From: Penicillus capitatus
Taxonomy: Eukaryota > Plantae > Chlorophyta
DNA length: 64,000 nt
Direction of reading: 5' to 3'
Assembly: GCA_965649825.1 (NCBI GenBank)
Contig: OZ287700.1
Coordinates: forward strand, 1,240,001 to 1,304,000
Shown here: piece after piece, positions 50,401-62,000 of the stretch
Numbering within the stretch: position 1 is the stretch's first letter
How the letters are laid out: the number at the start of each line of letters is the position of its first letter
Translations under genes and position numbers: made by a program
The notes under the pieces: model-generated
What the model was told of the DNA's origin: nothing
The model's input: the letters and a program-made list of their open reading frames with translations, nothing else
Database searches by the model: none

Positions 50401-51949
50401 CAACGAATGGAAGAAGGCCGCACACTATTACCATCAGGTCGCCTCTGCTATCGCATCCCGATCGATTCGCTGATAACGGCGCAGTCCAGAAACAACGAAG
50501 ATCTGATAAACTGCTTGTTTCATTTGCACGATGCGAAAGGACTGTCGAAGCTGACGCGATCGATGCCTGATCGAAATCCGTTGCTCTTAGAGATTGGTGA
50601 TCGATTGGAACGATTGGGCGTGTGCGATGCCGCGGTAGATGCTTATCGAAAAGGAGGCGATGCAAAACGCGCCATCGACTGCTGCATTCGGATGAACGAA
50701 TGGGAAATGGCAGTCGAGTTGGCATCAATGGAAGACTATCCACAACTACACTCTCTGCTGTCTCAGCAAGCCCATCGATTGTTGAGGACAGAACAGACCG
50801 TGCCGGCAATTCGACTGTACCAATGTGCTGGCTATCACCTCGAGGCTTCAAAGCTCACACTCGATATCGCAAAGAAGTTGGATCTGAAACAGGCAAGCAC
50901 ACCTCACGTCCACTCTTTCTCATCAACGGCCCCCTTAAGGTTGGACCGCTGCTCCTCAAAAAGCTTCACGTATTGAGCGCACTCGAAATTCAGAAGTATA
51001 GAGCCAAGATCATGAAGTCTACGACCGCGTTGACCAAACAAGTCTCGACGAGAACGGATCGGAAGCCATCGGCTTCTTCGAACAAAACGACGGCACAGAC
51101 ATTAGCTGGTAGAGCTGTTTCCTACGGCCGTCTCATATCCGACGCTTCTCTCAGGACTCCTCACACTGGACGAGGCATCCGCCGAGCGTTCGGATAGAGC
51201 ATTGGATGATGCATGGCACGCAGCCGAGGCCTATCACTTCTACATTCGAGCCAACCAACTGATACGCGCCGGTGTGGATCGCCGCGTCTGGATTACGATT
51301 GGATGTTGCGTAGCCAGAGCGATACGAAGATGCCATGCGTGTTTCCTTGCACCTTGGCCGTTACACAGACATCCTCCATCCAGAAACGGTCTACGCCTTG
51401 CTCGCACTGTCGTCCTTCCACTGCCGTTTCTACAAACAAACGTCGAGAGTCCGTCACGCATTTCGGCCGAGCCGTCCACGAGTTTCACAAATTTTTTATA
51501 CAGGCGATGGTAAAGCTCGAAACTGAGCCAGCAATTGAGAGGCGTCGAAGGGAGTCCTATCGGAAGCTTTCGGTCTGTCTCTTTACGAAAGTCCTTCCAC
51601 AGGATCCCCGTGTCATCCGGGAGACGAAAGCTCGATCGCCTGTATCCTATCGACGCCATACTGACACTCTGCATACCATGCGCAACGTCTGCGTCCTCAC
51701 AGGAAGGTAAAAAATACCGTCTCTGTATCGGCTCTCCGTGAGCGACATTTCAGACACATTCGAAGCAAGGACAGATCCATGCGGTGCGAAATCTGTCGCC
51801 ATTCATGGTTATGTGAAGCGTCGAAGACACCCGTCTGTGCGATCTGTCGTTTCGACAGCAGCGCCGGATCGTTTTCCAACGAAGAAAGATCTCTCGTCGA
51901 ACAGCACCTCGATCTAATCGAGGAGACAACGCGATGTAATTCGCAATGA
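47403..51949 (+). CDS. WDR35: WDR35/IFT121 intraflagellar transport complex A subunit
   Basis: MFAYITKKL..MACGGDDGFLQVL, LNQTLEGH, LTSADEHGTILVW, AESHPHKKL, FDEAEKIY..NDRSDLAIQLR, AIDCCIRMNEWEMAVELA, AWHAAEAYHFY, C-terminal CVLTGR zinc-ribbon. GC-AG introns 47575-47630 and 50893-50939. Confidence 0.9.
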
Positions 51950-52107
51950 AGATTCTTAAACGGTTTCGACAACCGTTATGACCTCATCGGCAATCGACTC
52001 CGTAAGCCCACATGAACGAACGGCTTGGCGACGTCGATTCTTTGCCAGTTTGACGCGCGTTACGGCTTCCGTTGCACGTGCTTACGTTGCTGTGCTCTGC
52101 CAGTAAG

Positions 52108-53736
52108 ATGCAAGGACGCAGCGTTCGGCGTCGGTTGAATGGCCTTAACGCTCCAATGGTCGTCCTTCTCAGGGATGACGACGACTCGAAGCTTCTATCG
52201 AAGCAGAACGTTTTGCTGAAGAGCTTTCACCGACTAGGCATCTTCAACAGAATTGCCCCGATGCTGCGCCTTACCAGCACGCGATGGCGCACGGCAATTG
52301 ACAGTTCGACCACCAAGATGTCCCTCAAAACGGCGTCAAATTTCGACAACGATACGAGAGTCGACGCACTGACGAGGTTCTCTGCTCTCACCGACTTGAC
52401 GCTGGAGAAAGAATCTGCCGAGCCACAAACTGACAGTCTGGATGTCCTGCGAGGTCTTTCGCACCTGTCCAAATTGACGCTGCGGGGTCTTTCCGCTTAC
52501 GACGTGCCGTTTCTGATGACATCGACACTGAATCATCTGCCTCAGCTCACGACGTTAGATCTGGAGATACCGCCAGATGCTCTCTGGGATGGACTGCATT
52601 CGATATCCCACATTCTCGGATTACGAAGTCTGACGCTGCGCGTGTGCGGGGATTGCATGCCTTCTCTCTCGCCGAACGTATGGAGTCAGTATACCGATCT
52701 AACGGAACTCTCTTTACCGATCCGAGCAACGGGGGCGGCGCTGGGCTTGCCAGGTATTCTTTCTCTGGTGCAATTGAGTAGCTTGAGACTGAGTGTACCA
52801 CTGCTGAGGTCCGAGTTGGCCGATCTATCTGCATTACACAATCTCAGGTCACTCGTTTTATGCGGCTTGCCGTTTGAGGTAACAAATTACAATGAACTGT
52901 CACACATGACCCAACTGACCCGACTCGAATTGCCATTAATTTATAGACTCCTTCCACCTTTTCTCAAGAAATTTACTGAACTCAAATGCCTTTCGTTAAG
53001 TTGGGAGCTTTCATCGAAACCTGGGTTTCTCGTACCTGGTTTTTTACCGCAGACGTTAACATGCCTCACGCTTCATAATTTCGGTACTCCTATTCGTAAA
53101 GATATCATGGAGCCACTCACTGCCTTAAAGAAGTTAAGTCTGACTCAGCAAACGAATAGAGAAACGGGGGTAGGAGATCAAGCCGCTTTTCAGTCCTTAA
53201 ACGCTATTTTTGAGTTGTTCCTCAGTGTCAATGCTGTCGACTATCAACCATGCTTACCCTCCTTGCAACACATGCACTGCCTTAAATCACTCTTTCTCGA
53301 AACAACGGAAGAAATCGATTCGAACTATATCACAACACTTGCGAAGGAACTAAGACATCTAGAGCATTTGACAATTGGAACACTGAAGAACAGTGATGTG
53401 ACTGCTCTGATAAACATCCGATCGCTGAAGTCGTTAACACTTTTGCGCTGTGCCCAATTAGAACTGCGTTTGCTCTATAGTCTCGGAAGACTTGAACATT
53501 TGACAGACTTGTGTCTGTATGACTGCGGAATTGACCTTCTGTTGGAAGATCTTATGATCAACATCATGGAACACTTCAAATCGTTGGAGTACTTTGGATT
53601 CTCTCCTGTGCACACTTTACAGAAACACGGTTTACCAACATGGTACGAACATCGCAATCGGGTTGTCAAAATTGACGATAAATGCAAGCTACGTGTTTAC
53701 TTTGATGGTTCACTGGAGACCGTGACGTATCTCTGA
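52108..53736 (+). CDS. Intronless F-box-like/leucine-rich-repeat protein
   Basis: N-terminal LRLTSTRWRTAID followed by many LxxLxxLxL repeats. Single 1.6-kb ORF. Confidence 0.8.
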   Translation: MQGRSVRRRLNGLNAPMVVLLRDDDDSKLLSKQNVLLKSFHRLGIFNRIAPMLRLTSTRWRTAIDSSTTKMSLKTASNFDNDTRVDALTRFSALTDLTLEKESAEPQTDSLDVLRGLSHLSKLTLRGLSAYDVPFLMTSTLNHLPQLTTLDLEIPPDALWDGLHSISHILGLRSLTLRVCGDCMPSLSPNVWSQYTDLTELSLPIRATGAALGLPGILSLVQLSSLRLSVPLLRSELADLSALHNLRSLVLCGLPFEVTNYNELSHMTQLTRLELPLIYRLLPPFLKKFTELKCLSLSWELSSKPGFLVPGFLPQTLTCLTLHNFGTPIRKDIMEPLTALKKLSLTQQTNRETGVGDQAAFQSLNAIFELFLSVNAVDYQPCLPSLQHMHCLKSLFLETTEEIDSNYITTLAKELRHLEHLTIGTLKNSDVTALINIRSLKSLTLLRCAQLELRLLYSLGRLEHLTDLCLYDCGIDLLLEDLMINIMEHFKSLEYFGFSPVHTLQKHGLPTWYEHRNRVVKIDDKCKLRVYFDGSLETVTYL

Positions 53737-54410
53737 TGGTCGATTTCATTGTCGGGTGTCTATATCCCGACTGCATTTCTCTGCTGATTTCTTATCGCTA
53801 TCATAAACCTGCCACTCGCAATGTCACTATCATCCTGAACGGAGATCTACGGAGAGGAGATCACAAGTCGAGGAAACTATGCATTGGGATCAAGAGTGGT
53901 TGTTTGGTCTATGGAATGCAATGGGCGATCACCTTATGAGTGTCTTTGACAGAATGAGCTATTAGGATGTGGTTGAGCCGTGAGGCGTCCATGGGTATAC
54001 TCTATCTAATAAGACACTGATCTGTTCAGGAACTGCATCGTTTAACGTACGCATTTTGTGTAGCATCTCGATCGTGACGCGATCCCTGATGACTGACCTT
54101 CCTCGCTGTCTGAATTCTGTTCTATGCAAAGCAGATCTGCGTGCAACGCCTCTAGCAACGACAGAGGTTAAGAGCTTTCCTCCGTTTTCGGAAACACCAA
54201 TGATAGATATCACATCGATTATTGAAAGCACATGGATCGTTCAGAATGACTTTAATACAAAGAGATAATGATGTTTACGTACAAGTATGGAAGCTTGAAT
54301 GGGAAGAAGACTTCATTTGGAGGCCATCGTGTTTTGTAAGGTCTGCCTGCATGATCGATGATAAAGTCTTGTACCAGTTTCGCTTTTCAATCAATCACTG
54401 TCTGCGTTCG

Positions 54411-55230
54411 TTAGAACAGAATAGTACCATCCGCTTCGTCTACGATAAAGCATAGGAAGGGGTGGTCCACGATGATTTTGAAAGACGCAGCAGGGCGGGT
54501 CACGCTAACTGATCGTGCGTTGATAGTAACGGCTGTTGCCGTGGCTGCTTCCGTTCCCTACAGACAAGACAAAACCGTCCATGAAGGCTACGTATTTGTC
54601 AACCCGACCTCTTCATCCACAACGATTTTGGCCTTGTGGATCACTCGAGAAATAAAAAGACGCTTGTTTTGTGTCATGCCTGAGAAATCGGCCGGTGAAG
54701 AGAAAGCAGTAGAGAGGCCGAGGTTCTCAAGGACCTCATTCAACGACTCGAGGGATAGCTCCATTTCCCACTTCGGCATCTTAAGAGCATCCACCATCCT
54801 TTCGGCTAATCCGCTGCTGAAGAAAGTGCCGATATGAGCAGCGAGATTTTTCTCATCTTCTTTACATCCGTCCTTCTCATTTGGAAGCAGAACATACATT
54901 GTGAATGCGTCTCCCTCGTAGGGCATGGCAAAGAGGATGCTATTCAATGCATCCACTCACTTGAAACGAAGGCGATTCTTCTTCTGTTTCACGAACGGTA
55001 AGGTCTGATCTTTACCGATTGCATGAAACGTGTCTCCTTTAGTCAGGTCCGCTGGAAAAGGAACACGCCATTTGCCTTTGAAGTATAGCGTATTGACAGC
55101 CAACAGTCGCGTATTTGAGGAAAGAGCGCTGGAGGGGACAAGATCTGGAATCATCCCAACCGTTCTCTCACTAACCTATGCATTGATTTCGACGCAGGCC
55201 GCTTTAAATGCGTCCTTGAAATCTCACGAT
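54411..55230 (-). pseudogene. Serpin pseudogene (5'-truncated, in-frame stops)
   Basis: DFKDAFKAACVEINA*VSERTVGMIPDLV...VNTLYFKGKW..F..., MPY, DFSGMT, LFISRVIHKAKIVVDEEGTEAATATAV..ARS..DHPFLCFI..ILF*. Stops at 55176-55178 (TAG at the conserved Trp), 54957-54959 and 54411-54413. Intron 54558-54608. Confidence 0.85.
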
Positions 55231-55629
55231 GCGGTTTTTACAGAACCGATACTTTTCGAGGAATCGCTGTTGACGTTCAACGACTGTTCAACTGACGCGC
55301 TGTTTGCGTCGCTTAGGTCTTTTGAGTCTTTTCCGAGGCGCAGACGCCGCGACGCGGAAGCTCCTCGGAAACTATGAGCCTAGTAACAGTTGTCCTCTAC
55401 GTCATCTGTCAATTGCGAATGTAAAGGGACCTCGAGGTTGTGGGCGACGCGAGTGTAAAACTGCTTCTCATATCTCGCAAAGGAAGATGGTCGGTCGATA
55501 CGCACGAGGAAGTTTCGCTGGGAATGTTCTTCTGTGCGCGATGGATGATTTTGCAACAAAACCTCTTCGTTTGTGCCAAACGACGAAGGATTGAGAGCAC
55601 ACACAACGCATTATTATCAAACGACTGAG

Positions 55630-55974
55630 ATGGCAATGACATGGGCTGCAGCGTACGCCAGTTCGAAATGGGCACTGCGTGGCTGGACGCTCTCATGTTA
55701 TCAAGAACTCAGGAATCACAACATCAAAGTGTGCATCATCAGTCCAGGAATGGTTCGGACAGATTTCGTCACGTAAGCTCGCTCACTCGCCATCATCATG
55801 CATATCGGATGATGCAAGAATGCGTTGCGTTGTGGTAGGCGTTCGTCGACGGTAAACCCGGATAGGATGTTGGATCCGGAGGATGTGGCAGAAGCAGCAC
55901 TCTTGCCGTTTCAGACATCCTCAAAGTGTGTTCCTTGTGAGATCAATCTTCGACTCACGCGTTTTGCCGGTTAA
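55630..55974 (+). pseudogene. Short-chain dehydrogenase/reductase C-terminal fragment
   Basis: AAYASSKWAL (YxxxK), IKVCIISPGMVRTDF, MLDPEDVAEAAL..P.EINL. One GT-AG intron. No Rossmann TGxxxGxG or NNAG region upstream. Confidence 0.7.
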
Positions 55975-56363
55975 CCGTCTCACGTACAACATATTCTTGT
56001 AAAAACAATGGTTGTCACGATTGTAAAGATTTCTTCTACAGATACAGCGAAAGACGTCCATGTACATTGTGAAAGTCTTGCCAATCTATCGACTGTGTCC
56101 ATGACCTGCGTAGCTCTGCTGCTGTAGAATGCATTACAATGCGCAATATGATAGAATCTTCAACGGTAGGCGGCGCGGAGTGACGCGTTGCTGTCAGAAA
56201 GACTCTCAGCATCTCGATTGATGCGAGACGACGTGCGCAATGATGTCATTTCAATAAAATGATCCAAGTATGAGGTTAGAGGTTTCATCTAGATTTCATT
56301 TAATGCTTCTAGTATAGACAACAGAGACGACAATGAACCGTCCCATTCTGACAGACAACTAAG

Positions 56364-57935
56364 CTAGAGAATGCCTCTGTTTCGAGCAAAATGACGATCC
56401 ATGCATTTGAATTCCACAATCAGCCTTGGCGCCTTCTTACTCAAGATCTTGCGCATGCGTTTCTCACTGGACTTCCAGTCATTCAAGAAGATCCTCTCAA
56501 GTCTGGTCAAGAGATTAGGAGACAACAACTCATCGATGGGGGCCTGATTACGTAACGGTAAGGCAGAAAAGCCCAGAACTCGCAGCGCTGAAAGACTTTC
56601 CACATGTGAGATACCGTCCTGTGTCCCACTATCAAAATTCACGAAAACAGCTTCAAGCTGCGTCAGTCTGGCAATGCAAGACAGGGTACAATTGGACACA
56701 TTGTTCAAGTACAGAGAACGTACAGCTTGCGGCAATCTGAGATCGCTTAGATAATGCGTCATCGATTGTTTATCGCCATCATGCATGTGACCGAGACTCA
56801 AGTGTCTGAGGTTTTCCATATCTGCCAGGAAGGAAAGGCAACCGTCTTCTACCGAGCACGAGAATGCCAATGATGTCAGATTAAGTAACCTTCCCTTAAG
56901 ATGCGCCCCATATAAAGAAACACCATCTAAAGTCAGATCTCGCAGTTGATCAAAGACATCGAAGCAATCGTGCGAAATAAAACAGGGAGAATTCCAGTCG
57001 CCGCATAGCGTCAAAGACGTCAACCGTTTGCAAACGCTAACTGTGGCTTCGTCGCGTAGGTTGAGGAGGGCATTGATCTTTAGGGTCTCGAGGCGCTCGA
57101 ACGGAATCAAAAAGTCGAGAGTTTTTGGAGCCTCTCCAGTCAAAGCAATTCCCACGACGGCTGTTGGGTTGGAGTTAGAGCAGATGAACCGACTGGATCC
57201 CTCGACGAGGAGCTTCAATCCGTTGATTTTGTTCAAAAGATACAGACCCTCAAATAATCTGATTTTCTTCTCGCTGATAGCCATCTCTACGTTTCTGATG
57301 CGAGGGAACAGAGAGACAAAAGATGTCACCTCCGCCAGGCGCAATGGATCTCTCTCCTCGGCCCCTTTGAGAAAGCCGAATGCATTTGACGGACTGGTTC
57401 CATAGATGTTGAAATTGACGTCGTTGTAGATGAACAACGATGTGACAGATTCAAGTGCAGTCCATGCTATATGTAAGAAACTGTAACGGCCGTCACGTCT
57501 ACGGACGAGGCTCGCCCCCACTTCGAGATGAGATAGCTTTGGAAGTTGCAGGAGAATATCGACAACTCTTAGGATGTCATAGTCCGTAGAGAAATGCTCC
57601 TCTTCATCTTTAATGGTATTAGTTTCGGCAGGTGCCAGTGAAATCAACGGTTTGACGCCCGGAAGGATAAAAGGTCCAACATCCAGAGACGTCAGCCGTG
57701 GAAACTTTCGCAGCGACGCGACATCTTCAAGGACGAGACGACGGACAGGGTGCGGACGGACTTCGAAGATGTGCTGGTCGATGAGGCGAGACCATTGCTT
57801 GTTGAGCAATCTCAGCGACGGACCGTCCAGTCTCCATCTTCGCGTTTGCTTAAGTACGGAAACGACTTTATCGACTACCAAAGGCGGCAAAGACCACGAA
57901 TCGGTTTTTGGCTCTTTTGTCAACTTCTGGCCCAT
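56364..57935 (-). CDS. Intronless F-box-like/leucine-rich-repeat protein
   Basis: WSLPPLVVDKV...LRLLNKQWSRLID F-box-like motif, then LRR-like repeats. Single ORF. Confidence 0.8.
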   Translation of the reverse strand: MGQKLTKEPKTDSWSLPPLVVDKVVSVLKQTRRWRLDGPSLRLLNKQWSRLIDQHIFEVRPHPVRRLVLEDVASLRKFPRLTSLDVGPFILPGVKPLISLAPAETNTIKDEEEHFSTDYDILRVVDILLQLPKLSHLEVGASLVRRRDGRYSFLHIAWTALESVTSLFIYNDVNFNIYGTSPSNAFGFLKGAEERDPLRLAEVTSFVSLFPRIRNVEMAISEKKIRLFEGLYLLNKINGLKLLVEGSSRFICSNSNPTAVVGIALTGEAPKTLDFLIPFERLETLKINALLNLRDEATVSVCKRLTSLTLCGDWNSPCFISHDCFDVFDQLRDLTLDGVSLYGAHLKGRLLNLTSLAFSCSVEDGCLSFLADMENLRHLSLGHMHDGDKQSMTHYLSDLRLPQAVRSLYLNNVSNCTLSCIARLTQLEAVFVNFDSGTQDGISHVESLSALRVLGFSALPLRNQAPIDELLSPNLLTRLERIFLNDWKSSEKRMRKILSKKAPRLIVEFKCMDRHFARNRGIL

Positions 57936-59088
57936 CACAGCAAAAGACGAAAAGCGCGAGTAGTCGGTGCGTAGAGAGAGGTGTGTAACCGAATGAGATA
58001 TCTTTAATTGAATTAAGCCTGTTCTCGTAGGACAGCAAGTGTGGCGTCACGTCATCCCTGTCGCAGTAACACCACCCACCATTTACCGACATGCTGCACG
58101 ACCGAAATTCTATTCTCGAGTCCGCTTTCAAGGAATTCGGTCACACGTTGCGCTTCTTCTCGAATGAATTCCTACACGACAAAGGAACGGTGTCGCCTCC
58201 GACTGACGGGTTACGCTTTGCTGGTTTGTCAGTTTGGACAAAACAGACGAGATGGAGGCCGGCGCGTCGGATGTCGGACGGGAGGGACATCGACAACCGA
58301 ACTAACGAACGACCAAGTGAAACACGCAAAGATCGAGGCTTCGATATCTATTGGGTCAAACGATGATAACAGGTTCTTCGACGTCTCATCCAATCCATCA
58401 AGGCTCGTCTTCATCTCCCGCTCGGCGACGATGAGTCTGTCGACTGATCTTTGTGCAGGTCCTTCGCTTGGCATTCCTTCGTAGTTAGTGTGGTAGTTCC
58501 ATCCTGCTCTCTCTCGGAAAGATGTGTTCGAAGGCAGGAGAATAGAGGAGACGATGCTTGAAGTCGGACATCCGTTGAGCGATATGGCCAAGAATTTCTG
58601 GTCACATGCATTCATTGAAGCAGCGGGCATGACCCGGTGTGAGATTTCATTCGCGCTGTCCGCCGCAAAGAGCGACTCAGTATGCGATCAACGAACGTCG
58701 TGTCGCTATGGTCGTCTGTCCCGACCTGGGAAAGTGCGAGATCTGTCAATGTACTCCTCTTTCTCGATGACACGGTTTCCGTCATCTTTCCGTATTCTGT
58801 CGACTGCAGTGCGAGTGCTTTGCGCCAAGAGCCGTCCTTTCGCAATCGTCGGGTCTGGCAGCGACAGAGGTCCGACGATTCTGCCGACGCATCGCTCTGT
58901 CGACACTGTCGCGTTCACAGACCACCTGCAACTTCGGAAGCGCGCTGCTCCGATCGGTGTCTACGACATTGCGATGCTCAAAAGGAGTGCAATTGGACAT
59001 CGTGTGCAATCCGCTACAGCCGAACAGCGAGTAGTACTCGAAACAAAAAAGTCTGCCCCCAGCAAAAGCATCCAGACAGAACAACTCC

Positions 59089-62000
59089 TCAGTCTGTATC
59101 GACATCTTCGCCGAGGTCGCTGTCAAAAAAGTCGGACACTTCGATCACGGTCTCCACTCTTCCGCTTTCGTAGAAGAAACAGGGTTTCGTTGCCTTCCTG
59201 GTGGCCTGCAGAACACGCTTCGTCCTGCACACAGCAGGGCGGATCGCACCTCCGTCCATCGCGGATCCGGAATGTGCATCACAGCCGGCTGCTTCCCCGC
59301 TTTCCTCTCTTGCGCACTCCTTCTGATGCACCGACCTGTCAGAAGCAGAAATGAAGAAAACCAGGATGCCGCTCCGCGTCTCGCCTATCATGGAAGCGAG
59401 CGGCGGCGACACGGAGTTGCCGATCTGCTTGAATCGCGATGCCACGTTTTTGGCGGTCTTGTCCGTCGACGAAGAGAGCCGCTCGCGCGCCACAAACATG
59501 TAGTCATCGGGGAACCCCTGCGACCGCAAGCGCGTCGAACTCATGGGCGGGCACGTGATCGGGAGACGGGTACACCTGGATCCGTGCTGCCTCTCGCACC
59601 GAGATGTATCTGTCTTGGAACGGATGGATGACGGCGTATCCGCATGACGGCGACACTTCCGTCAGCAGTGTGCCGAAGATGTCGTTTCTCTTCAACCTGC
59701 CGAACGTCCTCCGCGGATTCGCGTGCCGTCGATTGACTTGGTTGACCATCCACCTGACAGCGAAGCAACGTCGGACTGGATGACGTGACTGATGGCGATC
59801 ACCTCGTGATCATGACCTCCTTCGTCGGCAGCATGAAGGTCTGCGCAGCGCATCGGCGATCGCTCAGGCGCGAGATCACCCCGTTCTGTCCGTCGGTGTA
59901 TCCCTCACACCGGGCCAAGATCCTTTCCTTTCCGTTGCGCGTGCTTCTTCTGAACCCGTGCGTGTGTCCCACGCAGACGTCTGAGGGCAGAGCTCCGTCC
60001 GGACGGAATCCGGTGGAACGGGACCTTACACTCCTCGTGCTTCACGACGCCGGGAAGGGACGTGAAATCGCCTCCGTCCTTCGAGATCATCTGAATTCTC
60101 AGCCACGCCCCGACGGAGATGGGAGAGCAGCGGTGGTTGATGCAGGGGCCTTGGTACTCCGTGCTGAAGGCGTCCATCAGCGCCTTGATCTGCAGCAGGA
60201 CCATCGCCCTCGGTGCAATGCGCGTTCGAGTACCGTCTGTCCTGCCCCCTGGACGACCTGATCTCTGACCTTGTTGAGCGCGGCCATCTCCTCGGGCGAC
60301 TTCCCTCTGACGTAGAGGTTCCAGACCTGAAGAGCAGACCGTCGACGTGGAGGTCCTCGAAGACGATGTTCCGACCTCCTGTTTCAGCGCTCCGAATGGC
60401 TGGAAGTACTCTCCAAGCGCCAACTGACCACAAACATCAGACGAGGGAAGAACGGAGGGGGCGTCTTACGTTCGCCCCATTCGGCGTGTGCTGCGCATCG
60501 CATATCGCCCGTAGGTTGCCGATCCTGGCGAGGACGTCTCTGTAGAGCACATCCAGGAAGAGCTGCGCCTTGCCCCTCCAGCCCTCGCTGTCGTGCTCGT
60601 TCATCCTGAGGTAACACTGGTAGGGTCTCTGCGCCGGCATTCTGAGGAAGACGTCAGATCCATTCCGCGGCGAAGGCACCTCACCCGTACGGCACAGACT
60701 CGGTCAGGTCGAAGCTGGTGACCTCCGGCAGGTCCTCCAGTGCGTCCCAGAGCAAGGTCGCCGGAGGCAGCAATCCCTTCCTTCTTTCATCGACATCCAC
60801 GACACATGGCTGCAAGCAGCAGGGCTAACACACCGGCAACGCCGACACCGCCGGTCTCACCTTTGCCATCTTCGACAGGTTGTTCGCCCGGGTCCGGAAC
60901 TCGTTCTCCGGAGGACACACCGTCGGGTGCGGGAAGGGAGGCAGTGGTTCCACGCCGCCGAGGGCCGCGATCAAGAACGCCCGAAACCGCATCTGCCAAT
61001 GCAGGATCCGACCACCCGTGTGCCTGGACGATCGCACCGTACCTGCGGAGCCCCGTAGCAGGCGGCAGAGAGGATGCCCATTCTCAGCTGGTATCCCAGC
61101 TTGATCAGGTTGAGCGCCGCGAAGCGCATGTACAGGCCTTCTTCTCTCGCCATCGATTCCTGCACCAGAGAGCTTGGCTCAACGAGTCGCACTGCGGGCT
61201 GGTCTCACAGCGACGTTCTCCAGCACGACGAATCTGGGCTTGAAGAACTCCACGGCCTGGACGAAGTTCTTGATCTCGGAGTTTCTCTGGCAGGAGAAGA
61301 TGTCCCACGTGTCCACATTCCTGTTCTTTCCGCTCAGCTGGGTACCAGAACAGCGACTGAGCATGACAGCCCAGTCTGCCCACGGCCACACTTACCCCTT
61401 GGCACGGGGGCCCTCCGACGATGACATCGACCTCTCCCGGGACGGGGAGGACGCCCTCCTGCTTCTTTCTGCGGAGGTAACCCCTCACGTCTCCTACCGT
61501 GATGCGCCCCTCCTCCAGTGCATCGGCGAGAGGAACGTATTCTTCCGCCGGCGGCCCATTCGGCGATCTGAGGCCGACCAAGGGCTTCCCAGATTCCAGC
61601 CCCGTGAGATCGAGTATCTTCGCATCGGACGACTCTGCCACGGGCTCTTCCCTCGGCAGGTAGGCTCCGTACGTCGCGCACAGACCGTGAAACCCCCTGC
61701 AGTTGGCCAGGAAGTCGTCCACCTTTCTGGCGTGCGTCTGGGGGGACGGCATAAGTCATGGTTTTCTCGCGGACGCAGTACCTTCGTCTGTGGGTGATTC
61801 AGCTGGTACGTGTCCAAGCTGTCCTGATGGAAGTCGACGGCATGCGTCGGGACCATTCGGATCCCATCCGACTCCCCGCAGATGAATCCGAATCCGCCAC
61901 ATCCGCAGTACAACTCCAAGACATTGTAGACCTGCGCATCACACATGCGCGGTCTCATTCCGAGGGCCGCGCGAGCAGGCCTTGAACGCACCGACTTCGG

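Noticed and set aside
53740-54400. Short ORFs between the first LRR gene and the serpin remnant
   Set aside because: They are under 90 aa, have no motif and no consistent splice model.
54411-55178. In-frame TAG/TGA/TAA in the serpin as stop-codon reassignment, readthrough or Sec/Pyl
   Set aside because: All three stop types occur, and the TAG sits at a conserved Trp (one change from TGG). The 5' half is missing, and intact genes here terminate with TAA (ATG1), TAG (COQ5) and TGA (6PGD).
58229-59088. Long C-terminal extension of the methyltransferase into the 58.2-59.0 kb ORFs
   Set aside because: The spliced model after motif X ends at TGA 59089-59091.
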